A stretch of DNA of 64,000 nt from Bacillota bacterium (GTDB taxonomy: Bacteria > Bacillota > SHA-98 > UBA4971). Under the pieces are notes generated by a model, which was not told the origin of the DNA, searched no databases, and was given only the letters and a program-made list of their open reading frames with translations. Positions 56,910-64,000 of this stretch are shown one piece after another (positions within the stretch are counted from its first letter, which is position 1; every line of letters starts with the position of its first letter). The stretch covers positions 29,645 through 93,644 of the forward strand of contig JBFMGS010000001.1 of the NCBI GenBank assembly GCA_040752635.1. Reading direction: 5' to 3'. A program made the position numbers and the translations under genes.

Positions 56910-57758
56910 ATGGGGCCAAGCGCGCCATGTCTCGTTGACCAAGCTGTGAAGAAGGCAGGTAGCTCTAGAAGGAAGAACCAGGCAGTAAACTCTGTGGTGC
57001 GAGCACTGGACATACTCGACTGCCTAGGTTCGCGTTCCGGGGAGGTCGGCGTGAGCGAGATCAGCCGCGAGCTTAACATCCACAAGAGTACCGTATCAAG
57101 GATGCTGTCTACAATGGAATCCAGGGGATACGTCAGCCAGAATGACACAAGCGGAAAGTACTCTCTGGGGATGCGACTTGTCGAACTGGCCAGCCGCAGG
57201 CTTGAACAGATCGATCTTCGCGGCCAGGCCAGGCCGTTTCTGGAGGAACTGGTGAAAGCTACGGGAGAAACAGCTCACCTGGCAGTTTTGGACCAGGGCA
57301 AAGTGGTCTACATCGACAAAGTCGATACACCGCGCACCCTCATGATGCGGTCGAGAATCGGGTACCGGGCGTTTGCCCATTGCACCGCGCTGGGCAAAGC
57401 GATTCTCGCTGCGCTGCCGGATGATGTGGTGGAGAAGTTGATAAAGGAAAAGGGGCTGCCTCGCTTCACCCCGAACACTATTGTAGACCCGTTGGCACTG
57501 AAAGAACACCTTCGTAATGTGCGCGCCCAGGGATTCGCAGTAGATGATGAAGAGAACGAGGAAGGTATCAGGTGTGCGGCGGCACCCATTATGAATCACG
57601 CAAGCCAAGTCGTCGGAGCATTAAGTGTCTCCGGCCCCGTTGTCAGGGTATCGAGACAGCAGTTGGAAACCATCGGAAGCCTCGTGAAGGATGCCTCCCA
57701 TCGGCTGTCATTATCACTTGGCTACCTCAAGGGCAAAGCTGATCCGCCATCAAGATGA
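56910..57758 (+). CDS. IclR family transcriptional regulator (KdgR-like)
   Basis: N-terminal wHTH (VVRALDILDCL...ISRELNIHKSTVSRMLSTMESRGYV) and a C-terminal IclR effector domain, divergent from the eda-kdgK operon. The start is at MGPSAP with an AAGGAGG RBS. Confidence 0.8.
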   Translation: MGPSAPCLVDQAVKKAGSSRRKNQAVNSVVRALDILDCLGSRSGEVGVSEISRELNIHKSTVSRMLSTMESRGYVSQNDTSGKYSLGMRLVELASRRLEQIDLRGQARPFLEELVKATGETAHLAVLDQGKVVYIDKVDTPRTLMMRSRIGYRAFAHCTALGKAILAALPDDVVEKLIKEKGLPRFTPNTIVDPLALKEHLRNVRAQGFAVDDEENEEGIRCAAAPIMNHASQVVGALSVSGPVVRVSRQQLETIGSLVKDASHRLSLSLGYLKGKADPPSR

Positions 57759-57994
57759 TCTCGAGATGAACCGGCCTTGAGACCCTCGCGGCTCGCGAGC
57801 CGGGGCTTGCAGGGACTGCGCACGCTGGTCGTGCCTACGGGGAGCGAGAGTGGCAGCACTAGGTGCTTGTAGGTTCACGATTCAGTCCGCCGTGCGATGC
57901 GAGTGCGGTGTGTTTGCCCTGAGACTCAAAGCCAGAAGGTGCCAGGGCTTGGATGCAGCGAGGATGGACAGGCAGTGAGGCCAGCAGCGCCGCT

Positions 57995-58636
57995 TCAGAG
58001 CAGGTACTTAGATGCAAGTTGCATGAACACGGGGGTGACGTAACTCTCGACCGCGCCGGCAAGAACCAGTAGAAGGGCAGCGCCCGCCGAGATCACAACC
58101 GTCAAGAGGAACTGCGGGTAAATAGGGACGCGCTTGTGAGTCAACCTGTCCTGGGCCAGCGCAACGGCAAAAGCGAGCGATGCCGCGCACCCGCCGAGTA
58201 TGGCGGGGATTATGAAAATGTTCTGGGGAAGCACGGATACCGCTGCTAAGATGATTCCCCTCGCCGCCATCTCATCCACTAGGAACCCCACAGTGAATCC
58301 GATGATGAAACCGCGCAAGAATAGAAGTACTAGAATGCCCGGGGCGCCTATTACTGATAGACCGAGCACCCACGCAATGAGGATGGTTTTGAGGTTATTG
58401 TAGAGCGCCTGGCGCGATGGCGCCACGCCCGCCGCCTGCCTGATGCCGCCGAAACCCCGGAAGAACACCCGGAGGTCCTCGGCAAGCTCTGCTTTCTGGC
58501 TTTGCGGAAGCACCCTGACCGCGAGCGAGCCAAAGATGACTCCCATCAGAAAGATGAGCATCGTCATCACGTAGATGGGAAGATGCCGCCTCAGGTAATC
58601 GCCGGTCTGGACCGAGGATCGTGCTTGTGCCAGCAT
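57995..58636 (-). CDS. spoIIM: stage II sporulation protein M
   Basis: Aligns along its length with B. subtilis SpoIIM (LMGVIFGSLAV...VLPQNIFIIPA...VESYVTPVFM). Confidence 0.8.
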   Translation of the reverse strand: MLAQARSSVQTGDYLRRHLPIYVMTMLIFLMGVIFGSLAVRVLPQSQKAELAEDLRVFFRGFGGIRQAAGVAPSRQALYNNLKTILIAWVLGLSVIGAPGILVLLFLRGFIIGFTVGFLVDEMAARGIILAAVSVLPQNIFIIPAILGGCAASLAFAVALAQDRLTHKRVPIYPQFLLTVVISAGAALLLVLAGAVESYVTPVFMQLASKYLL

Positions 58637-58725
58637 GCGAGCTCCTCCTTTGGACCACCTCCTTACATATGTATGTCCACACCAGCCTTGATATGTCCTA
58701 ACTCGCCACTATCAACAGAACCTTC

Positions 58726-59301
58726 TCAGTCAAAAAGCCCCCTCGATGCCGCCAGGAAAAGCCCGAGAAGCGTCTTGCCGTCCCGGATATCTCCCCTCTG
58801 TATCATGTCATCGAGCGCATCGGGAGATACCCGGCTGGTCTCGACGATTTCATCTTCATCAGGCCTCTCATCGCCGGGCGCAAGGTCCGTGGCGAAGAAG
58901 AGGTGAAGCATTTCATCGGAAAAGCCGGGAGAAGTGTAGAACGATACCGCCTTTTCGAGGCGGCCGGCCCGGTAGCCCGTTTCTTCTTCCAATTCACGAA
59001 GGGCGCACTCTCGGGGGTCTTCACCAGGATCGAGTTTGCCGGCGGGAATCTCCCACAGCGCCTCTTTGACAGGGTACCTATACTGTCGCACAAGGATCAC
59101 GCGTCTATCGGCGTCCACTGCCACCACCGCAACCCCGCCGGGGTGCTCCACTACTTCCCTCATGCTTCGGCTCCCCGACGGAAGCCCCACTTCATCCACC
59201 CGGAGCGTGAGGATCCTGCCGCGATACACCGTGGCCGAGCTCACCGTCTTTTCCACGAGACTCTTACTGGCCAAAGAAAATCCCCCCCCTTGATATGTCA
59301 A
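58726..59301 (-). CDS. nudF: NUDIX hydrolase (ADP-ribose pyrophosphatase-like)
   Basis: Nudix box GKLDPGEDPRECALRELEEETGY. Confidence 0.8.
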   Translation of the reverse strand: MTYQGGGFSLASKSLVEKTVSSATVYRGRILTLRVDEVGLPSGSRSMREVVEHPGGVAVVAVDADRRVILVRQYRYPVKEALWEIPAGKLDPGEDPRECALRELEEETGYRAGRLEKAVSFYTSPGFSDEMLHLFFATDLAPGDERPDEDEIVETSRVSPDALDDMIQRGDIRDGKTLLGLFLAASRGLFD

Positions 59302-59356
59302 GCCCTGGTATCAAACCGTAACGATGTGCGTACCATGTGTACTGTATCATCTGTGC

Positions 59357-59446
59357 CTAAGTATGGTGTCACGAATCCACACCACTTTTCCAGACGGCGG
59401 TCGGGGTTGCCGGTGACTCAAAGAGGTAGTGCAACGCCGGCACCCC
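59357..59446 (-). repeat. structured repeat element instance B (compact version), between the DUF3866 gene and nudF
   Basis: The minus strand reads GGGGUGCCGGCGUUGCAC..CACCGGCAACCCCGACCGCCGUCUGGAAAAGUGGUGUGGAUUCGUGACACCAUACUUAG. Confidence 0.5.
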
Positions 59447-59510
59447 CACACACACTGGAAAACGGGCGAGAATTAACGAACCTATACATAGCAAGGAGGA
59501 GTCCCTCGTC

Positions 59511-59702
59511 GTGAACGTCCTGCTTACTACAAACTCAATCCACATCATGGGAAAGCCCGCTGAGATCATCGCGTTTTTCACAAACCTCTCGAAGAGATAC
59601 TCTACCTTGGGGGACCTCCTGTCCCCTGCACCAGGCAACATGCTCACCGACAGAAGCTCATGCCGCTTCGGGGAGACGAATGCCGACTGGCATCGCTGCT
59701 GA
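59511..59702 (+). CDS. candidate small protein (63 aa, hypothetical)
   Basis: A strong AAGGAGG RBS 11 nt upstream of a GTG start, and GC3 of about 70% consistent with the host. No family was recognised, and it lies in a 535 bp intergenic region. Confidence 0.25.
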   Translation: MNVLLTTNSIHIMGKPAEIIAFFTNLSKRYSTLGDLLSPAPGNMLTDRSSCRFGETNADWHRC

Positions 59703-59836
59703 TCGTAGGAAACGGAGACGTGAATCCGCATCCCGCCTCGAAGTAGGGCTCCTTCGAGCCCCCCGGGTTCGCGTTCATGCCTGACCGCCAGACCTCCCGA
59801 GGGTAGAGGGAGGTGGGTGCGACCACTCTTACACTG

Positions 59837-60934
59837 TTACCCCACTCGGCGCACCGCGTTCGCCACTTTCCCTGCCAGCACGCCAGCGGCGCCCGCCGCC
59901 AGGAAGAAGGCCGGGTCGTCGTCTATGCCGCGCCCCATCGTGGCGACAGCGATGTTCTCCCGCCTGAGCCTTTCCACAGCAGGCCGCCCGTCTTCGGTTA
60001 GTACGAGGTGCTTGCGGTCGATCCCGTCATGGCAGAGTTGACGCCGGAGATACCGCCAGTCTCCGCGGTCGATTTCCGGCAGGGCCACAAGGCACCGCCT
60101 CATTGCCACCTGGGCCAGCACCGTAAGAGTGTGGTGGCTTACTCCGAAGTGCCGGGCACGCTCATCCCGAAAGCTGACCCTGGGAGCAACTATCGGAGTT
60201 CCTCCGAGAGAATACGCCGCGTTGGCCGCTTCTCCCTGCGTAATCCCGGAGAATCCGTATTTCGTGCCTGTGCCCGCCTGCCCCGGGCCCATTGCAACCA
60301 CGATGGCGTCCGCCCCGGCGCAGGCCCATGCGGCCGCCAGCGCGGAGTGCAGGCTCACCGCCTCGAAGTCTCCTCCAAATGCGTGGCCACAGGTGATAGC
60401 CGCATCTATCAGGCCCTTTTCTCGAAGCTCCGGTACCAGCCTACTGTATGCAAGAGGCAAAGCTCCGCCGTCAGTCATCACATACACGATCCGCGCGTTA
60501 TCTCCCGCAGTTTCCCGTATGCCGGTCGCCACCGGCGCTATCATACTGTGGAGTTCGCACGCGACCACGGGCACACCTTCAAGCGAAGAGAAACCCTCCA
60601 CCTTGTCACGGTGGGGGCTCGCTTCCTCTTCCACTGCAAGACAGCGGACCTGCAGGGGGGTATAGCGCATTTTCATTATGTGGCCCGGCCCCGGCGCCGC
60701 GTTGAGGTTGTCTCTTCCGGCCACCCAGATAACGAAATGATGTCCGCCGGTGCCTAGCCCGAGTTCAACCGCGGTGGTGTTTAGTACAACCACATCTCCG
60801 GGCTTTACGGGGCCGGTCAGTGCCTCATAACATATGGCCTCCGCCGGCTTACCCTCGCATATCACGTTGGCCTTCAGTATCCCGGATCCCACGAAAGCGA
60901 CGGACTCGACAAGAGCCTGCCTCGCCCTTATCAT
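59837..60934 (-). CDS. conserved hypothetical protein, DUF3866-like
   Basis: 365 aa soluble protein. The family assignment is from memory only. Confidence 0.5.
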   Translation of the reverse strand: MIRARQALVESVAFVGSGILKANVICEGKPAEAICYEALTGPVKPGDVVVLNTTAVELGLGTGGHHFVIWVAGRDNLNAAPGPGHIMKMRYTPLQVRCLAVEEEASPHRDKVEGFSSLEGVPVVACELHSMIAPVATGIRETAGDNARIVYVMTDGGALPLAYSRLVPELREKGLIDAAITCGHAFGGDFEAVSLHSALAAAWACAGADAIVVAMGPGQAGTGTKYGFSGITQGEAANAAYSLGGTPIVAPRVSFRDERARHFGVSHHTLTVLAQVAMRRCLVALPEIDRGDWRYLRRQLCHDGIDRKHLVLTEDGRPAVERLRRENIAVATMGRGIDDDPAFFLAAGAAGVLAGKVANAVRRVG

Positions 60935-61224
60935 CCCAGAACGCCACCTCCAGCAACTCCCATGCAGGGATATCAGGCCTGTTGTCGTATTTCGCTCAAT
61001 AGTGATCTTCCTTCCACGAAGGTCAGTTGACGAAAGCTAACGCTGTTTGCCGAATGGAACGTCGGGCGACCCTGGTCGAAAGAGCGCCCGCTCTCGCATA
61101 GGTGGCCAGGTGGCCGGGTCGCTGCGGTTACGAGCAACAGGAAGACCCGTTGCGCGGGACCGCTCAGAATAGGTTCCCCGTTCCTGGGTTATGATACCCG
61201 TCAGCACGGTGAGGAGGAACTACT

Positions 61225-61836
61225 GTGAGCAGGTGGCAATTCTGGATCGCGATCTTCATCGCACTCGCACTTGCAGGATGGTCCGTAGGTGTGACTTCAA
61301 GACTCGGCCGTGACCTTGCCCGGGTCGAGCAGGACCTGGACCGGGCCTTCCAGGACCTCGCAGCCCTCTCGAAGCGGGTCTCTGAACTGCGGACCGCCGC
61401 CGAGCCGCAGGTTACGCCCGAGGTGACCGTGTACTTCGGCCGCTCGACCATGACAGATTCGTTTCTCGTTCCTGTCAGGGTGAAGCTGCCGGCCGCGACC
61501 GATGCGTTGAGGGGGGCGTTAGAGCTCCTTGTAAAGGGGCCGGCGCCGGAAACCGGCCTCGATAGGCTTCTCCCGCCTGAGACCCGCGTATTAGGCGTAA
61601 CCAGAACAGGCGATCTCGCCACCGCCGACTTCAGCAGCGAAATCCGCACGCGCTTCATCGGGGGAAGCAGGAACGAAGAACTCCTCGTGTGGTCCATTGT
61701 GAACACCCTTACAGAGTTCCCCGGGATCTACAGGGTGCAGATCCTCGTGGACGGGAAAAAAGAGGAGAGCATCGGAGGCCACGTGGGCATCGATGTTCCC
61801 CTTGAGAGAAACCCGAATCTCATCAGGCCGCGGTAA
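61225..61836 (+). CDS. GerMN domain-containing lipoprotein/spore germination protein GerM-like
   Basis: N-terminal signal anchor and a GerMN domain pattern (VTVYFGRS...LVPVRV...ALELLVKGP...GVTRTGDLATADFS...GGS..EELLVWSIVNTLTEFPGIYRVQILVDGK). Confidence 0.7.
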   Translation: MSRWQFWIAIFIALALAGWSVGVTSRLGRDLARVEQDLDRAFQDLAALSKRVSELRTAAEPQVTPEVTVYFGRSTMTDSFLVPVRVKLPAATDALRGALELLVKGPAPETGLDRLLPPETRVLGVTRTGDLATADFSSEIRTRFIGGSRNEELLVWSIVNTLTEFPGIYRVQILVDGKKEESIGGHVGIDVPLERNPNLIRPR

Positions 61837-61883
61837 GCCGACACGTAACTTGACTGCGCAAGAGGGCTCGCAGCTCTGTTGAA

Positions 61884-61952
61884 GGTTGCCGGTGATTGCA
61901 CCAGGGGCGTTTGAAGGAATCCGGATGGTACCGAGTCCAACACCGGCAACCC
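61884..61952 (-). repeat. truncated repeat element instance C (arms GGUUGCCGGUG / CACCGGCAACC only) immediately 3' of the oxidoreductase gamma-subunit gene
   Basis: 11 bp perfect inverted repeat enclosing 47 nt. The arm sequence is shared with instances A, B and E. Confidence 0.4.
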
Positions 61953-62501
61953 TCAGCCTGTCTTTGCCCCCGAAGCAAGCTCAAGCCCCCGGGCGAGGGC
62001 CTGGCGGTTAAGGGGTATGAGACCGTGGCGCCGCTCGGGTAGCACTCTCTTCATGGCTTCCAACACCGTCTCCGGGTTCACCACGTTCGTCACACCGATG
62101 TAGGCACCGAGCGCCACCATGTTCGCCACGCGAACGTCTCCGAGTTCGTTGGCTATGTCGTTGGCGGGGACAGGAAGTACCCTGATGTCCGTCCTCGCAG
62201 GACCGGCATTGATGAGCGAGCTGTTGTAAACGATGAGGCCGCCCGGCCTCACCATTCCCTGGAACTTCTCGAGCGACGGCCTGTTCATGGCGACCACGCT
62301 TGTCGGCTCAGTTACGAGAGGCGAGGCTATTTTCTCGTCGGACACGACCACTCCGCAGTTGGCGGTGCCACCGCGCATCTCAGGCCCGTAAGAAGGCATC
62401 CACGTGACGTTTTCTCCTTCCATCATCCCCGCGTAGGTCACTAGCTGGCCCATGAGTAGAACGCCCTGTCCGCCGAACCCTGCAAAAATGGCTTCCTCGT
62501 G
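61953..62501 (-). CDS. 2-oxoacid:ferredoxin oxidoreductase gamma subunit
   Basis: AIFAGFGGQGV...PSYGPEMRGG gamma-subunit pattern. Confidence 0.85.
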   Translation of the reverse strand, partial: HEEAIFAGFGGQGVLLMGQLVTYAGMMEGENVTWMPSYGPEMRGGTANCGVVVSDEKIASPLVTEPTSVVAMNRPSLEKFQGMVRPGGLIVYNSSLINAGPARTDIRVLPVPANDIANELGDVRVANMVALGAYIGVTNVVNPETVLEAMKRVLPERRHGLIPLNRQALARGLELASGAKTG

Positions 62502-62505
62502 CACG

Positions 62506-63252
62506 TTAGCCCACCTCCGGAACATGCGTGTACTCTCCAAGTGGGTAGTACATGGCCATTTTGTCGTCCACCCACTTCAGGGCCTCAACAGGGGTCATCG
62601 CCCAGTTGGTAGGACAGGTGGACAGAAACTCCACGAGGCTGAAGCCGCTGTCTGCAAGCTGGGTCTCGAACGCTCTCTTGAGAGCCCGTTTTGCCTTGAC
62701 CACGTTCGCCGGGCTCGTCACTGACACACGGGCTATGTATGCAACCCCTGAGAGGGATGAAAGAAGTTCGCAGACCCTAATGGGGTGGCCGGCTACGTCG
62801 GTGTCCCTCCCCCTCGGGCACGTGGTGGTCTTCTGCCCGGGCAGGGTCGTCGGGGCCATCTGGCCGCCGGTCATGCCGTATATCGCGTTGTTCACGAATA
62901 TGACCGTGATCCTCTCGCCCCTTGATGCTGCGTGGACTATCTCGCCAGCCCCGATGGAAGCAAGGTCCCCGTCGCCCTGGTAGGTGAACACTACGGCGCC
63001 GGGTGAAGCCCGCTTGATTCCCGTCGCAACCGCAGGCGCCCTGCCGTGCGAAGCTTCCACGAAGTCGCAGTTGAAGTAGTCGTATGCGAGCACCGCGCAG
63101 CCCACGGGTGAGATCCCCACCGTGCGCTCGCGCACCCCGAGCTCGTCGATGACCTCGGCGATGAGCCGGTGAATGATGCCGTGTGTGCACCCGGGGCAGT
63201 AGTGGGTCGGCACGTCAGCCAGCGCCTCGGGACGTCCGAACAGTCTCTGCAT
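62506..63252 (-). CDS. 2-oxoacid:ferredoxin oxidoreductase beta subunit (TPP-binding)
   Basis: [19 protein letters not shown] and Mg binding GDG motif. Confidence 0.9.
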   Translation of the reverse strand: MQRLFGRPEALADVPTHYCPGCTHGIIHRLIAEVIDELGVRERTVGISPVGCAVLAYDYFNCDFVEASHGRAPAVATGIKRASPGAVVFTYQGDGDLASIGAGEIVHAASRGERITVIFVNNAIYGMTGGQMAPTTLPGQKTTTCPRGRDTDVAGHPIRVCELLSSLSGVAYIARVSVTSPANVVKAKRALKRAFETQLADSGFSLVEFLSTCPTNWAMTPVEALKWVDDKMAMYYPLGEYTHVPEVG

Positions 63253-63255
63253 GCC

Positions 63256-64000
63256 TCACGCCCCCTTATCCACGATCTTCACGATTTCATCGAGTATTTC
63301 CCTCGGCGCCGGGCTCATGCCGCCGGTACGGCCGTAGAAATGCACGGACTTCCCCCCGCCCAGGGCCAGTCGCACGTCCTCTACCATCTGGCCGAGGCTC
63401 ATCTCGACGACTAATACGTGAGCCGCTCTCCGGGTTGCTGCCTTCAGCGCCTCATACGGGAACGGCCAGAGGCTTATCGGCCTGAACAGCCCCGCGCTCA
63501 AGCCGCGTTCTATCGCCTTATCGAGCGCCGCCCGGGCGATTCGGGCCGTGGTACCGTACGCCACCAGCACTATATCAGCGTCCTCCGTCTTGTATGTGCT
63601 ATAGCGGACCTGTTCGGCGGCCATGCGCTTATACTTCTCCGCAAGGTGAAGGTTGTGTTTCTCGAGCTTGGCCGGGTCAAGGTAGAGAGAACTGATGATG
63701 TTCTTCGGCCTCCCTGCCGCTCCGGTAGTGGCCCAGATCTTTGGAGGAAGGTCGCGCTTGGGAGGTTCGCGGAACTCGACCGGTTCCATCATCTGACCCA
63801 GGATGGCGTCCCCCAGGATCATGACGGGGTTTCGGTACATATCAGCGAGGTCGAACGCCTCCATGGTAAGGTCCATAAGCTCCTGCACGGTGGACGGGCC
63901 AAACACCAGTAGACGATAGTCGCCGTGGCCGCCTCCTCTTGTCGCCTGGAAGTAATCCGACTGCGCCCCCTGTATGCCCCCGAGCCCGGGCCCCCCCCGG
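63256..64000 (-). CDS. 2-oxoacid:ferredoxin oxidoreductase alpha subunit, C-terminal part (5' end beyond window)
   Basis: Family match of the C-terminal about 215 aa. The ORF is open to the window edge. Confidence 0.8.
   Translation of the reverse strand, partial: RGGPGLGGIQGAQSDYFQATRGGGHGDYRLLVFGPSTVQELMDLTMEAFDLADMYRNPVMILGDAILGQMMEPVEFREPPKRDLPPKIWATTGAAGRPKNIISSLYLDPAKLEKHNLHLAEKYKRMAAEQVRYSTYKTEDADIVLVAYGTTARIARAALDKAIERGLSAGLFRPISLWPFPYEALKAATRRAAHVLVVEMSLGQMVEDVRLALGGGKSVHFYGRTGGMSPAPREILDEIVKIVDKGA

Noticed and set aside
59369-59731. 120-aa minus-strand ORF between the DUF3866 gene and nudF
   Set aside because: It overlaps repeat element B and has no RBS or homology. It is probably a chance ORF, and the plus-strand 63-aa ORF in the same gap has far better translation signals.
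61164-61706. 180-aa minus-strand ORF
   Set aside because: It is antisense to the GerMN-domain gene (61225..61836 +), which has a clear signal anchor and a domain match. The minus ORF is Ser/Arg-rich with no homology.
1-64000. CRISPR arrays, rRNA/tRNA genes, transposases, integrases other than xerD, restriction-modification or toxin-antitoxin pairs
   Set aside because: I looked for regularly spaced direct repeats, tRNA-like T-loop motifs (GGTTCGAATCC), and DDE/HNH/PD-(D/E)xK or integrase motifs in all long ORFs and found none. XerD sits in its conserved housekeeping context (pdp neighbour, SAM-like N-domain) and is called chromosomal dif recombinase, not a phage integrase.

Overview
This 64 kb window looks like the chromosome of a high-GC, endospore-forming Firmicute (Clostridia-like). 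Almost all genes are on the minus strand. The left side holds housekeeping and sporulation genes: gpsA (partial), plsY, der, prsA-like, spoIIP, an ispH-rpsA fusion, plsC, cmk, rluB, ktrA, ytfJ, ytfI, scpAB and trpS. Then come lysA, a spoVAC-AD-AEB-AEA operon and a divergent spoIIAA-spoIIAB-sigF operon with convergent dacF, then pdp and xerD. The right part is a ~24 kb accessory-looking catabolic block (nanE to an IclR regulator, ~33.6-57.8 kb) lying between xerD and spoIIM-nudF. It encodes a nanK/nanE pair fused to a 5' remnant of ald, RidA, an M20 peptidase, two tandem Zn-ribbon threonine-synthase-like paralogs, a threonine dehydratase and a Zn-ADH. It also carries a CUT1 sugar ABC transporter, a tungsten aldehyde:ferredoxin oxidoreductase, a Gfo/Idh/MocA oxidoreductase, an HpcH aldolase, a cupin, a class-V aminotransferase, kdgK, eda and a divergent IclR regulator behind a 1.3 kb non-coding gap. 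The window ends with a DUF3866 gene, a gerM-like gene and a 2-oxoacid:ferredoxin oxidoreductase (gamma, beta, partial alpha). The most unusual signals are three. A family of structured repeats (shared GGTTGCCGG-armed hairpin, a second hairpin, and a covarying third hairpin with loop RGAUUYGUG) sits just downstream of stop codons in the orientation of the upstream gene in at least four places. A three-gene activase plus two DUF2229 dehydratase-like module is wedged between spoVAEA and lysA, where Bacillus has spoVAF. A tandem duplication of the nanE 3' end lies next to xerD. I found no CRISPR array, rRNA, tRNA or recognisable transposase. Many long ORFs in the six-frame track are antisense or out-of-frame artefacts of the high GC content and are not reported as genes.
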